DNA of 48,276 bases from Anaerolineae bacterium (lineage in GTDB: Bacteria; Chloroflexota; Anaerolineae; DTLA01): NCBI GenBank assembly GCA_029907165.1, contig JARYMK010000003.1:1-48276 (forward strand), in the 5' to 3' direction. The notes below the pieces were generated by a model that made no database searches, was not told the origin of the DNA, and saw only the letters and a list, made by a program, of their open reading frames with translations. Of the stretch, positions 16,558 to 26,233 are shown piece by piece; within the stretch, counting starts at the first letter, position 1, and the number at the start of each line of letters is the position of its first letter. A program made the position numbers and the translations under genes.

Positions 16558-18531
16558 CTATGGATTCAGCGCGATGCTATCGCCCGACGGTGTGCCATCT
16601 CGGACTACAGACAGGCGCTGCAAAGTCTCCAGGTCGTACATGCCCACGATGACCTGATCCTGGGCTGGGTCAAAGGGCCGGGGCAATTGTACCACACGTT
16701 CGTCCACAATCCAATCTCCTGCCCTCCAGAAATGCGTCGGATAGTAGCCGCCGCACGCCGGGCCGTCGCCGGTGGTGAGCGGCTGGCCGGGCTGCACCAC
16801 GTGGACGAAGATCATGTAGTTGACGTCCGTCGTGTTGAGGGCCTGCCAGTGGAGCGTAACCGTGAGATCGTCGTCCGCAGGCACCAGGGCCGCGCCCGCC
16901 AGCCGGAACATTTCGCCGACCACCGCGCCCGGCATGATAGGCAGCGCCGCCAGTTCCGACGCAGGCCGCGCGTCAATCGTGATGCTCACCAGGCGCGGCT
17001 CGGCCTCCAAATCTCCCCGCTCCAGCGGGCCGCGCATCACCTGAATGGCGCTGCCGATGGGTAGCAAGCGCAGGCTATCTGCGTACGGCTCGTAGGGCCA
17101 GACCACCAGCCGCACGCGGTAAGTCGGCGGCGCAGGCTCCCCGCCGCCCAGGACGCGCACGGCGTCGGCGTCCGCCAGCAGGAACCGCAGGCTCGGCCAC
17201 GAGTCCCACAGCCGCCGCGCCAGGTACACCGTGCGGTCGCCTGCCCCCGCGCCCGATGTCGCCGTCCAGCCACCCTGCCAGCCCGCGCCCACGTAGGCGT
17301 TCGTCTCTGCGGCGAGTTGTGCGGGGCCTGCCTCAAAGGCGTAGGCCGTGGACGGGTCGCGCGCGTAGCGCATGAAGTAATCGCGCACGGTGAACGCCAA
17401 CCCGCCCACGAGAAGCCCAATAATCACGGCAGTGGCCAGGCGCCGAGAGGTGCGACGGGCCAGGGTCTCCCCCAGCCAGTGCAGGCCCAGCGCGGGGAAG
17501 ACGAACAGCACCGGCAAGATGCCTACGCCGCGTAGGAAGTGGGGCGCGTCCTCGGCCAGGAGCGTCGGCAGGAGCATGACGCCCACCCAGGCCAGCGCGA
17601 GGCGGTCGGCATCGCTGCGGCGGACGGCGGCCACGATGACGCCCAGCAGGAACACAGCCCCCAGCAGCGGGTCAAAGACGGGGCGCAGCGGCACGTTGTG
17701 GCGGGGGATGAAATCGCCGCGCACGTTGAACATGCCCGCGATGCCCACCGCATGGCGCGCCAGCGTGCCCCATAGGTCGCCGCCATTGATGGCAGGGTTG
17801 AACACCGAGACCTGCCCCGCCCGCGCCGAAAACGAGTCCCAGTGGGTGCCCACGTAGGCGGCCAGGGGCGCGAGCACGACGAGGGCCGCCACGGCGAAGA
17901 CCAGCAGGTGCCGCCAGCGGACGGGCGGGGACTGTCGGCTCCCGCGCAGGAGCAGCCACGCCACGAGCGCCACGGGCGTGAACCGCGCGGCCAGGTAGGT
18001 GTAGAAACTCGCGCCGTACAGCACGCCCGCCAGGGCAAAGCGCCACATCTTGCCCGAACGCACGGCGGCCCACAGTTGCCACAGCGCCAGCGCCGTGAAA
18101 AGGGGCAGCGCCACCGCGCGGAATCCGATGCGGCTGAGTTGGATGGGCCACACGGTGAGGGCCAGCGCCGCCGCCCCAACCAGCGCCACGCCGCGGCCGT
18201 ACATCGCGCGGAACAGGAGGTAGGCGGCGGGCAAGGTGAGCGTCCCCAGGATGGCCGCGACGATGCGGATGGCGACAGGCGTTCGCCCCAGGAGCGCCAC
18301 AGCCGCCGAGACGAGGTAGATGAACAGCGGCTCGCGGCCGTTGTTGGCCTCAAAGAACACGGGCGTCGTGCCGCGCAAGACCTGCACGGCGTCCAGGCCG
18401 TTGTACGCCTCGTCGCGGTAGAGGCCAGGGGGGATGTCGCCCAGCGCGACGAAGCGGAGGACGGCGGCAACGGCGACAACGAGAAACAACAAAATCCATT
18501 CCGAGGCATGCGCCCGCGACCTGTGGGTCAA
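16558..18531 (-). CDS. ArnT / PMT-like (GT39/GT83-type) GT-C glycosyltransferase
   Basis: LRF..L...PPGLYRDEAYNG, GREPLFIY, SRIGFR and FYTY..AR with many TM helices and one C-terminal Ig-like domain. Confidence 0.85.
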   Translation of the reverse strand: MTHRSRAHASEWILLFLVVAVAAVLRFVALGDIPPGLYRDEAYNGLDAVQVLRGTTPVFFEANNGREPLFIYLVSAAVALLGRTPVAIRIVAAILGTLTLPAAYLLFRAMYGRGVALVGAAALALTVWPIQLSRIGFRAVALPLFTALALWQLWAAVRSGKMWRFALAGVLYGASFYTYLAARFTPVALVAWLLLRGSRQSPPVRWRHLLVFAVAALVVLAPLAAYVGTHWDSFSARAGQVSVFNPAINGGDLWGTLARHAVGIAGMFNVRGDFIPRHNVPLRPVFDPLLGAVFLLGVIVAAVRRSDADRLALAWVGVMLLPTLLAEDAPHFLRGVGILPVLFVFPALGLHWLGETLARRTSRRLATAVIIGLLVGGLAFTVRDYFMRYARDPSTAYAFEAGPAQLAAETNAYVGAGWQGGWTATSGAGAGDRTVYLARRLWDSWPSLRFLLADADAVRVLGGGEPAPPTYRVRLVVWPYEPYADSLRLLPIGSAIQVMRGPLERGDLEAEPRLVSITIDARPASELAALPIMPGAVVGEMFRLAGAALVPADDDLTVTLHWQALNTTDVNYMIFVHVVQPGQPLTTGDGPACGGYYPTHFWRAGDWIVDERVVQLPRPFDPAQDQVIVGMYDLETLQRLSVVRDGTPSGDSIALNP

Positions 18532-18567
18532 CGCGGTGTGCCCTCCTCCACGCAGCGGCTTGGGGCC

Positions 18568-18595
18568 ATTATACGGGGTGGGGGGCGCGTGTCAA
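18568..18595 (-). promoter_or_regulatory. Consensus sigma70 promoter for the ArnT-like operon
   Basis: TTGACA-16 bp-TATAAT, followed by a GGAGGAGG RBS. Confidence 0.7.
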
Positions 18596-18618
18596 ACGCC
18601 GCGCAGGCAAACTCGTCT

Positions 18619-18685
18619 CACCGCAGAGGCGCAGAGGACGCAGAGAAAACAGGATTCCCTCTGCGCTCTCTGCGTCTCCGCGGTG
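18619..18685. repeat. Palindromic repeat family A, copy 3
   Basis: caccgcagaggcgcagaggacgcagag - 12 nt - ctctgcgctctctgcgtctccgcggtg, a near-perfect hairpin right after the SPFH stop. Confidence 0.85.
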
Positions 18686-18693
18686 TAATCCGC

Positions 18694-19617
18694 CTACGGC
18701 GCGGGCTGGGCGGGTGGCGTCGGCAGCGCAATCAGCGGGGTCAGCCCCTCGCTGGGCAGGATGCCCCAACTCACGCCCGTCAACTGCTTGATGAACTCCA
18801 GTTGCAGAATCTGCGGGTACTTGTCCAGCGCCTTGCCGCGCTCCTCAATGGCCTGCGCATCGCCGCGAGCGCGTTCAATCTCGGCCTGGGCGTCGCCCTT
18901 GGCCCGCTCAATCTCGGCCTGCGCCTCGCCTTTGGCCAGTTCCACGGTCTTCTCGGCCTGGTACACGGCGGCCTGGGCCTGGTAGCGGGCGGTCTCAATC
19001 TGCTCCTGGGCGATCTGCTGCTGCTCAATGGCGGCGATGTAATCGTCATCAAAGGCGATCTTGCGGAGGGCGAAACTGTCCAGCACCACGCCCTTCTCGG
19101 CGAACAGCGCCTGGAGCCGCCCGGCGATGTCCGACTCCACATTGAACACGTCGCCGCTGTAAAGTTGCTGCGCGGGGTAGCGCTGCATGGTCAGGCGCAC
19201 CACGCTGCGCGAGTGGAACTTTACCACGCGCTCGGTAACCATGTTCATGTTCTCGCCCACCTTGGCGTACACGTCGCGGATGTTCTCCTTGGGCACGTAG
19301 AAGCGCACGCTGAAGGTTACGGTGATGGGCTGCCCGTCGGAAGTCTGGGCGTCCACGAAGACATCGCGGAAATCGGCGTGGCTTTCGGTCGGCTCGCGCG
19401 AGGTCTCGTAGACCATGCCGCGGGTGCTGTAGCAGTTGTACTGCTGGGCGACGGGGATGCGCAGGTGGAAGCCGGGGCCGGCGATGGCGGTGATCTCGCC
19501 GAACGTGGTTACGGCGCACGCCTCGCCCGCGTCCACCACGCGCGCGAACCCTGTGGACGCCAGGACGATGACCACGACGAGCAGGATGATGGCCAGCGGG
19601 CCGAGTTTGCGGGACAT
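18694..19617 (-). CDS. SPFH / band 7 / prohibitin family membrane protein
   Basis: Start MSRKL after an AAGGAGG RBS. TM helix, PGFHLRIP and AQTSDGQ, then AIEQQQIA and repeated AKGEAQA coiled coil. Confidence 0.88.
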   Translation of the reverse strand: MSRKLGPLAIILLVVVIVLASTGFARVVDAGEACAVTTFGEITAIAGPGFHLRIPVAQQYNCYSTRGMVYETSREPTESHADFRDVFVDAQTSDGQPITVTFSVRFYVPKENIRDVYAKVGENMNMVTERVVKFHSRSVVRLTMQRYPAQQLYSGDVFNVESDIAGRLQALFAEKGVVLDSFALRKIAFDDDYIAAIEQQQIAQEQIETARYQAQAAVYQAEKTVELAKGEAQAEIERAKGDAQAEIERARGDAQAIEERGKALDKYPQILQLEFIKQLTGVSWGILPSEGLTPLIALPTPPAQPAP

Positions 19618-19847
19618 TTTGCCTCCTTCGGTGGGGACTTGGGTAACGAATCGGATGTTGGGTTTCTTTTGCATAGGCCGCCTCGCGATCTGGGATTCCG
19701 GTGGCGAATTGTAGCAGAGGCGGGGCCAGGGAGCAAGTGGGCGGAGAGACGGCGCTTGCCGCCAATAGATTGCCTCAATGCCGCGGTGGCAGCCAAAGGC
19801 AAGCAACCCCCTTGAAGGAGTACTGTCAAAGTCGGTACTTTCGTACC

Positions 19848-19877
19848 TTGTGCCGGGGTGGATTACCGTGGTATAAT
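19848..19877 (+). promoter_or_regulatory. Putative sigma70 promoter for the CHAP gene, with an upstream palindrome
   Basis: TTGTGC-18 bp-TATAAT with an extended -10 TG. The inverted repeat GGTAC-tttc-GTACC (19834-19847) lies directly upstream. Confidence 0.5.
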
Positions 19878-19963
19878 AGATTATCATTGGTGTTGTTGCC
19901 TCACTGCTTCCTCGTCGCCCGAAACACTTGGAAGGCTGCTTGTACCAACCGAGGAGGTGTAAG

Positions 19964-22900
19964 ATGCGGACGAAGGTTTCCATCGTGCTGCGGTTGTGGG
20001 TTCCGCTATTGTTGGCGTTTGGGGTCGTCGCGGTGGAGCCGAGTGTGTCTAGAAGGCCGCAGTCGGTAGTGCAAGCGGGGCCAGAGGAAGGGTGCGGTGA
20101 ACCTGGCGCACTTGGGAACTGCGATCCGAATGTTGGATGTTCGATCCCCGCGAGCAACCCGTATTCCTATCCCTGTCAATGCGTGTACAGGGCCTGGGAT
20201 CTTGCTGCAGCCGCGGGTCACAGGTTGCCCCGATTCGGTAATGCGTGCGCTTGGCGTCAAGGGGCCTTGAATTGTGGATATACGGTTGTAGATTCGCTCA
20301 GTAGTGCCTGCGTCAACTCAATAGCTGTATGGGGGCCACGGGTAGGCGGTGCATACGAATACGGCCATGTTGCATGGGTTACTGCAGTTGATGGCAATCG
20401 TTTCTACGTCAAGGAAAGGAACTGGGCGGTAAGTTGCGGCGATAGTGAGCGATGGGTAACTTGGGTAAGTGGCATCTCTTTCATTGTCTTTGGCAGTGGC
20501 AGTAACTGCTCTCTTACCAGCGTCCCTTCAGGCTACCACCAATGCGCCGACGAGGGCGGGCGGTGCAACTTCAGCGGCACGGCGAATGTGATCTATGGTG
20601 CGAACAACTGCTACACAGCGCCACGCTCTTTTGCGAATGGGGTAGACTGCAACAACGGAGTCTTCGGCGACCCGCTCCCTGGTGTGCACAAGTACTGCTA
20701 TACCAATGCCTCGGGGGGTGGCTGCAACAACCCAAGTCCCAACAGCGACCAAATCGGTTTGTATGAACATCCGGACTACTGCGGCGCATACAAAATCCTG
20801 GGCGTCGGTGAGTACCCCAACCCAGGTGCGATTGGACTCGCCAACGACAGCATCTCGTCTGTCAAGGTTGGGAGCAATGTAAAAGCCATTCTTTGTGAGC
20901 ACGACGGTTTTCAGGGCCGCTGCGAGGAGTTCCTCAACAACGACCCCAATTTGAGCGATAACTACGTCGGCAACGATAGCGTGTCTTCTGTGAAGGTGCA
21001 ATCACGTGTTACTACCTGCCCCGTGCCATCACCATCCAGTCCGAACGGGGCGCGGATACCCCAAACCCAGAGTGTGAACTTCACGTGGAGCGGGTCTTGC
21101 TCCCAGTATCGCGTCAAGTACTGGGGCGGCCCTTACTCGGGTGAGTTGTATTCGCCGTGGGTGGGCGGATCTTCGTGGACGCCGGGCACGCTGTGGTGCG
21201 GCAACTACTCCTGGCAAGTGCAGGGCAAGAGCAGCAGTGGGGCAGAGACAGGCTGGAGCGGGACACTGAACTTCACGGTCGCGCCCAACACTCCGACTGG
21301 TCTCACTGCTACTGCGGTTTCCCAGTCCCAGATCAACCTCTCGTGGAACGGGGTCCCCGGGCAGGTTGAAGGGTACAAAGTGTACCGCAACGGTTCGTAC
21401 ATTGGCAGTACCACAGGCACCTCATACCAGGCAACGGGGCTGAGTTGCAACACCGATTACTCGTTCCAAGTGAAGGCGTATGCGGTTGGCATTGATTCCA
21501 ACCCTAGCAACACCGCCAGCGCACGAACACATGCCTGTCCGCCGCAATTATGTCCCGCCCCAGGCAATTTGACAGCCACGACGTTGTCCCAAAGTTCTAT
21601 TCGCCTGGGCTGGCAGGACACCTGTGGCAACGAGGACTCCTTCAAGATCTACCGAAACGACACCCTGGTCAACACCGTGGGCGCGGGAACTACTACATGG
21701 ACTGACACTGGCCTCTCCTGCGGCACCACGTACTCCTACTATGTCAAGGCCCATAACGCCGCAGGGGACTCGCCCGCGAGCAACACCGTCAGTGCGCGCA
21801 CGCAGAACTGTCCTGATACTTGCCCTGGCGGCGACGCGGGCAATAGTTTTGACGGCGCGACGCTCGTCTATCCGCCTGTTGACAGGGCAGAGTACATCTG
21901 CCCTGTCAATGACGAAGACTGGTATCGGTTTTCGGCGAGCACTGGGCAGATGATACGAGTAACGTTGACCAGTTTGCCCGGTGATTACGATCTGTACCTT
22001 TACAGACCCAATGCGAGTCAGGCGAATGGCGCGTCAAGGTGGTTGGCTATGCAGGAGCATACAGTGCCACCGATTCGTACATACTGCACATTGGGATTGA
22101 ATCTCCGCAGACTGAGCAGAAAATCGGCCTAGAGGCGGAACAGGGATCGCTTACGTCTCCGATGACCACTGGGTCCGACGCACAGGCATCAAACTGCCGC
22201 TACGTTTACAGTCCACAGGGCAACCTGGGCTCGGTGGAACTACAGTTCTCAGTCGCCCAGGCCGGAAACTACTACTTCTGGGCGCGGGGCATGGGCCTCA
22301 CGGACTACAACGAGAACTCCTTTTGGGCCTCTGTGGACGGTGGGGCGCGCTACCATTATGAGATCCCTGCCCCGGGTGGACAATGGCACTGGAGCCGTCT
22401 CTTTGGCGTCGCCACGCCTATTTGGCTCACGGCTGGCTGGCATACCATACGCTTTGACGGGCGCGAGCAGGGAGCACGATTGGACAAAGTACTGATCGTG
22501 AACACCGTGAATTACCAGCCTGGTGGTCAGGATGTAACGCCTTGTGTCATGCCAACAACCACGCCAACACGAAGCCGCACACCACAACCAACCGCGACAC
22601 CGACTCGCACGCGAACGCCAACGGCGACACCATCCATACCCTGCGGTCCCAACCAATGGCGTGCGGAGTACTTCAACAACGAGACCCTCTCGGGGCCACC
22701 CGTCGTCGTCAAATGCTACGACCAAGTCAATTTTGAGTGGGCAACTGGCGCGCCGGAGCCCGGGGTGAATGCCGACCATTTCTCAGCGCGCTTCTCGCGG
22801 TCTGTGAACTTCGCCGCGGGACGCTACAGATTCACCGTCTTCCGCGACGATGGTGCTCGCCTGTACCTGGACGGTACGCGGATTTTGGACGAATGGCGAT

Positions 22901-23925
22901 GGGGGCGTGAAGAGCACACGGTTGAAAGGGATATTCCCGCCGGTGCGCACGATGTGGTGCTTGAGGTCTACGAGATAGATGGCTGGGCCGCGGCGAAACT
23001 CTCCTGGCAACTGCTGGGCAGCAATGCGCCCTCCATTGGGAGCATTCAACCCGCCTGCGGCCGCAGCGACGCCTACCAAACCGTCAACTTCCAGACTGTG
23101 GCATCCGACCCCGATGGATGGCAGGACATCAAAATCATCTACTTTGTGGTCAATACCGCACCATCTTTTGCTGGCGGGGCGGCAGTGGCGTACAACGCCG
23201 AAATCAACCGTATGGTGATGAGGAACGAGAGTGGCACATCGTGGCTCGTGGGCGGGGCGCCAGGCTCCTCGGGCACGCTTGAGACGTCGCGCGCTCGCCT
23301 GGACATCGGGGCAAGCAGCAGAACTGTGGCGGGGAATCAAATGACTCTCACTTGGAGTCTGCAATTCAAGGCGCCGATGACAGGGCCTCAGAATCTGTAT
23401 ATGCTCGTGGTGGATAGGGCGAACAGACACACTGGCTGGCAGGTGGTTGGTTCGTGGGGAGTCGGCACCAGCGGCTCGCCGCCGTGCGTGGGCGCGGTAA
23501 CGCCGTCCAGCGGGCAGAGTGCGGCAGGGGTGCAAGCGCTCGTGGATACCGAATTCGGCGACCCGGATGGCTGGGAGGATCTGAAGATCGGGTACTTCTT
23601 GATCGCGCCGATACCGAACGCCAATTCGGACTGTGTTTACCTGGCGTACAACCAGGATGTGAACAAGATACTCCTGCGCAACGACCAGAACAACGCATGG
23701 TTGGGCGGATTCGCTCCGGGGACAAACGCCACGATCCAGAACAGCAATGTGATCGTTGACGTAGCCGACTGCTCGGTGAGCCATACAGCGCAGGGCCTTA
23801 CCGTCCGCTGGGCATTGCGCTTCAAGAATGAGTTCCGCGAGACTTACACCATGTACGCGATGGCGTTGGACAACCGCAACTACGTGGCCACGTGGCAGAA
23901 GAAGGGTACCTGGACGATACAGTAA
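19964..23925 (+). pseudogene. Large secreted multidomain CHAP cell-wall hydrolase, split into two frames near 22020 (ORFs 19964-22132 and ~22018-23925)
   Basis: GAGGAGG RBS and signal peptide. CHAP motifs QC...GNA..W...GHVAWV...ERNW. Then a Cys-rich module, beta/gamma-crystallin (NDSISSVKV x2), FN3 repeats, a broken PPC domain, a CBM-like domain, a PT linker, PA14 (WRAEYFNN, FSARF, DDGARLYLDG) and two DPDGW.D repeats. Confidence 0.75.
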
Positions 23926-23949
23926 CATCGCTTGAATGCATTCGGCGCG

Positions 23950-23983
23950 AGAGCCGTGGGGACTTCCTCACGGCTCTTTGTTT
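23950..23983 (+). terminator. Rho-independent terminator
   Basis: agagccgtgggg-actt-cctcacggctct followed by ttgttt, 25 bp after the CHAP/PA14 stop. Confidence 0.7.
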
Positions 23984-24006
23984 CTGCACGCGATTCCGCA
24001 TCCTCT

Positions 24007-24035
24007 TTGCGCCCATCCACTTCCCATGCTACAAT
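24007..24035 (+). promoter_or_regulatory. Sigma70 promoter for the GlcD-like gene
   Basis: TTGCGC-17 bp-TACAAT with an extended -10 TG. Confidence 0.55.
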
Positions 24036-24036
24036 C

Positions 24037-24066
24037 ATTCGCAGCGATTCGCGTGCATTCGCGGTT
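24037..24066. repeat. ATTCGC x3, 10-bp-period repeat, family B
   Basis: attcgcagcg-attcgcgtgc-attcgcggtt. Confidence 0.65.
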
Positions 24067-24093
24067 ACAACCCATCCGCTCAGGAGGTCTGCC

Positions 24094-25467
24094 ATGTCCG
24101 ACGCCACGCTGGAATTTTTGCGCTCCGTCGTGGGCGACGAGAACGTGTCCGTAACCCTCGCCGACCGCGAGGCCCACTCGCTGGACGAGTCGCATCACCC
24201 GCCTCACCTGCCCGACTACGTCGTCTGGCCCGATAACGAGGAGCAGGTCAGCCGTATCCTCGCCTACGCCAACGAGCACCGCATCCCCGTAACCGCACGC
24301 TCCGGTGGCTCGTCGCTGGACGGCAACCCGATTCCCGTGTTCGGCGGCATCGTCCTGTGCTTCTACCGCTGGGACAAGATTTTGGAGGTGCGCCCCGAGG
24401 ACATGCTCTGCGTCGTCCAGCCCGGCATCGTGTACGACGAACTGAACCGCCAACTGGCCCGCTACGGCCTCATGTACCCGCCCGCGCCCGCCAGCCACGA
24501 CGTGGCCACCATCGGCGGGATGGTCAACAACGGCTCCGGCGGGATGCACGCCTTCCGCTACGGCGTAACCCGCGACTACGTCCTGCAACTGCGCGTCGTC
24601 CTGGCCGACGGGCGCATCCTGAAAGTCGGCTCGCAGGCGGCCAAGTCGGCCAGCGGGTACGACCTCGTGCGGCTGTTCGTGGGCAGCGAGGGGACGCTGG
24701 GCATCATCACCGAGGTTACGCTGAAACTGCGCGCCATCCCCGAGAAGTCGGCGGCGCTGGCGGTCTTCCCAACGGTGGAGGATGCGGCCCGAGCGGCGTC
24801 GCAGATCATCGCCGCGGGCATCATCCCGGGCGCCATGGAACTCATGGACGCCGAGACGGTCGCCTTTGCCAACCGCTACTGCAACCTGGACATGCCCGAA
24901 TCGCCCATGCTGGTCATGGAGTTCCACGGCACGCCGTCCAGCGTCCGCGAGGACGTGGAGGTGGTGAAGGAGATCGCCGCCGAGTGCGGGTGCACGCTGT
25001 ACCAGCCCGCCACCACCGCCGAGGAGCGGGAGAACGTCTGGCGGGCGCGCAGCCAGGCCCACCTGGCCGTGAAGGAACTCAACCGCGACTGCGTCGTTAC
25101 CATCGGCGACATCGTCGTGCCCATCTCCAAGTACCCCGACGCCGTGAAGAAGGCCCACGCCCTGGGCAAGAAGTACGGCATCCGCGTGTGCACCTTCGGC
25201 CACGCGGGCGACGGCAACGTCCACACCGACACCATCGCCCGCCGCGATGTGCCGGGCGAACCCGAGCGTGCCCACCAGGTCCATGCCGAACTCATCCGCT
25301 GGGCGGTGGAGGTGGGCGGGACGTGCACCGGCGAGCACGGCATCGGCCTGGGCAAGCGCGAGTTCCTGGAATTGGAGCACGGCCCAGCGGTGGCGGTCAT
25401 GCGGGAAATCAAGCGCCTGTTTGACCCCAACGGAATCCTGAACCCGGGGAAGATATTCCTGGCTTAA
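24094..25467 (+). CDS. FAD-linked oxidoreductase (GlcD / D-lactate dehydrogenase family)
   Basis: AGGAGG RBS. Motifs RSGGSSL, ATIGGMV, GYDLVRLFVGSEGTLGIITE, GHAGDGNVH, GEHGIG and DPNGILNPGK. Confidence 0.92.
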   Translation: MSDATLEFLRSVVGDENVSVTLADREAHSLDESHHPPHLPDYVVWPDNEEQVSRILAYANEHRIPVTARSGGSSLDGNPIPVFGGIVLCFYRWDKILEVRPEDMLCVVQPGIVYDELNRQLARYGLMYPPAPASHDVATIGGMVNNGSGGMHAFRYGVTRDYVLQLRVVLADGRILKVGSQAAKSASGYDLVRLFVGSEGTLGIITEVTLKLRAIPEKSAALAVFPTVEDAARAASQIIAAGIIPGAMELMDAETVAFANRYCNLDMPESPMLVMEFHGTPSSVREDVEVVKEIAAECGCTLYQPATTAEERENVWRARSQAHLAVKELNRDCVVTIGDIVVPISKYPDAVKKAHALGKKYGIRVCTFGHAGDGNVHTDTIARRDVPGEPERAHQVHAELIRWAVEVGGTCTGEHGIGLGKREFLELEHGPAVAVMREIKRLFDPNGILNPGKIFLA

Positions 25468-25515
25468 TCCATGGTGTCAGGTAGACCTCTCGGCCTGCGC
25501 AGAGGCGGCTCGCTG

Positions 25516-25544
25516 TTGACGCAATTCCGAACGGCGCGTACAAT
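25516..25544 (+). promoter_or_regulatory. Sigma70 promoter for the toxin-antitoxin operon
   Basis: TTGACG-17 bp-TACAAT followed by a GGAGG RBS. Confidence 0.6.
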
Positions 25545-25562
25545 GATGCCGGGAGGAACAAC

Positions 25563-25853
25563 ATGGTCGCCCTGCCTTTTGACGTCAATCGGCTGATAGA
25601 AATCTGCCGCCGCAACGATGTGGCGCGGCTAGCAATTTTCGGCTCTGTCGCGCGAGGCGAGTTCACGGACGAGAGCGATGTGGATCTCCTGGTGGAATTC
25701 TCCAAGCGCAAGAGTCTGCTTGCATTGGTCGCCCTGGAGCGCCAGTTGTCCGCGGCAATCGGGCGGAAGGTGGACCTGCTAACCGAGGCTGCCATCAGTC
25801 CCTACTTGCGCGACCGCATCAAGCGTGACCAAAGGGTGATCTATGAAGCGTGA
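25563..25853 (+). CDS. Minimal nucleotidyltransferase antitoxin (MntA-type)
   Basis: GSX10DXD motif FGSVARGEFTDESDVD and GRKVDL. 96 aa, overlapping the downstream HEPN gene. Confidence 0.9.
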   Translation: MVALPFDVNRLIEICRRNDVARLAIFGSVARGEFTDESDVDLLVEFSKRKSLLALVALERQLSAAIGRKVDLLTEAAISPYLRDRIKRDQRVIYEA

Positions 25854-26180
25854 TGACTCGGTGTACCTCCGTCACATGCGGGACGCCATAGCCAAGATTG
25901 AGGCGTACCTTGCGGATGTCAGCGAAACCGATTTCTACAAGCACAGTATGGTTCAAGATGCTGTAATCCGCCAACTTGAGATCATTGGCGAGGCCGTGCG
26001 ACACGTTTCGGAAGAACTACAGAATGCGTATCCAGAGATACCCTGGCAGGATATTGCGGGGATGCGCAACAAGCTCATCCATGACTATTTCGGTGTCGAC
26101 ATTGAAAAGTCTGGCTGACTGCCACGGAAGACATCGCGCTTCTCAAAGCAGAGGTGTTGAGAATCCTCCAGGAATCATAG
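25843..26180 (+). pseudogene. HepT / DUF86 HEPN RNase toxin with a -1 frameshift near the C-terminus
   Basis: DAVIRQLEIIGEA and IPWQDIAGMRNKLIHDY (RX4HXY). The frame stops at 26118; the canonical tail VWLTATEDIALLKAEVLRILQES* continues in the -1 frame to 26180. Confidence 0.8.
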
Positions 26181-26233
26181 AATGCCCTCTCATCCGACGC
26201 GCTTGCTCGCCAACCTGGCCGCCGGGGGACAGC

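Noticed and set aside
19878-19963. c-di-AMP or other riboswitch ahead of the cell-wall hydrolase
   Set aside because: The leader is short and has no recognisable riboswitch consensus or terminator.
19618-20157. N-terminal extension of the SPFH ORF (487 aa)
   Set aside because: It runs through divergent promoters and the CHAP gene. The RBS supports a start at 19617.
26116-26118. TGA in hepT as selenocysteine or stop read-through
   Set aside because: The conserved C-terminal sequence is in the -1 frame, not in frame after the TGA.
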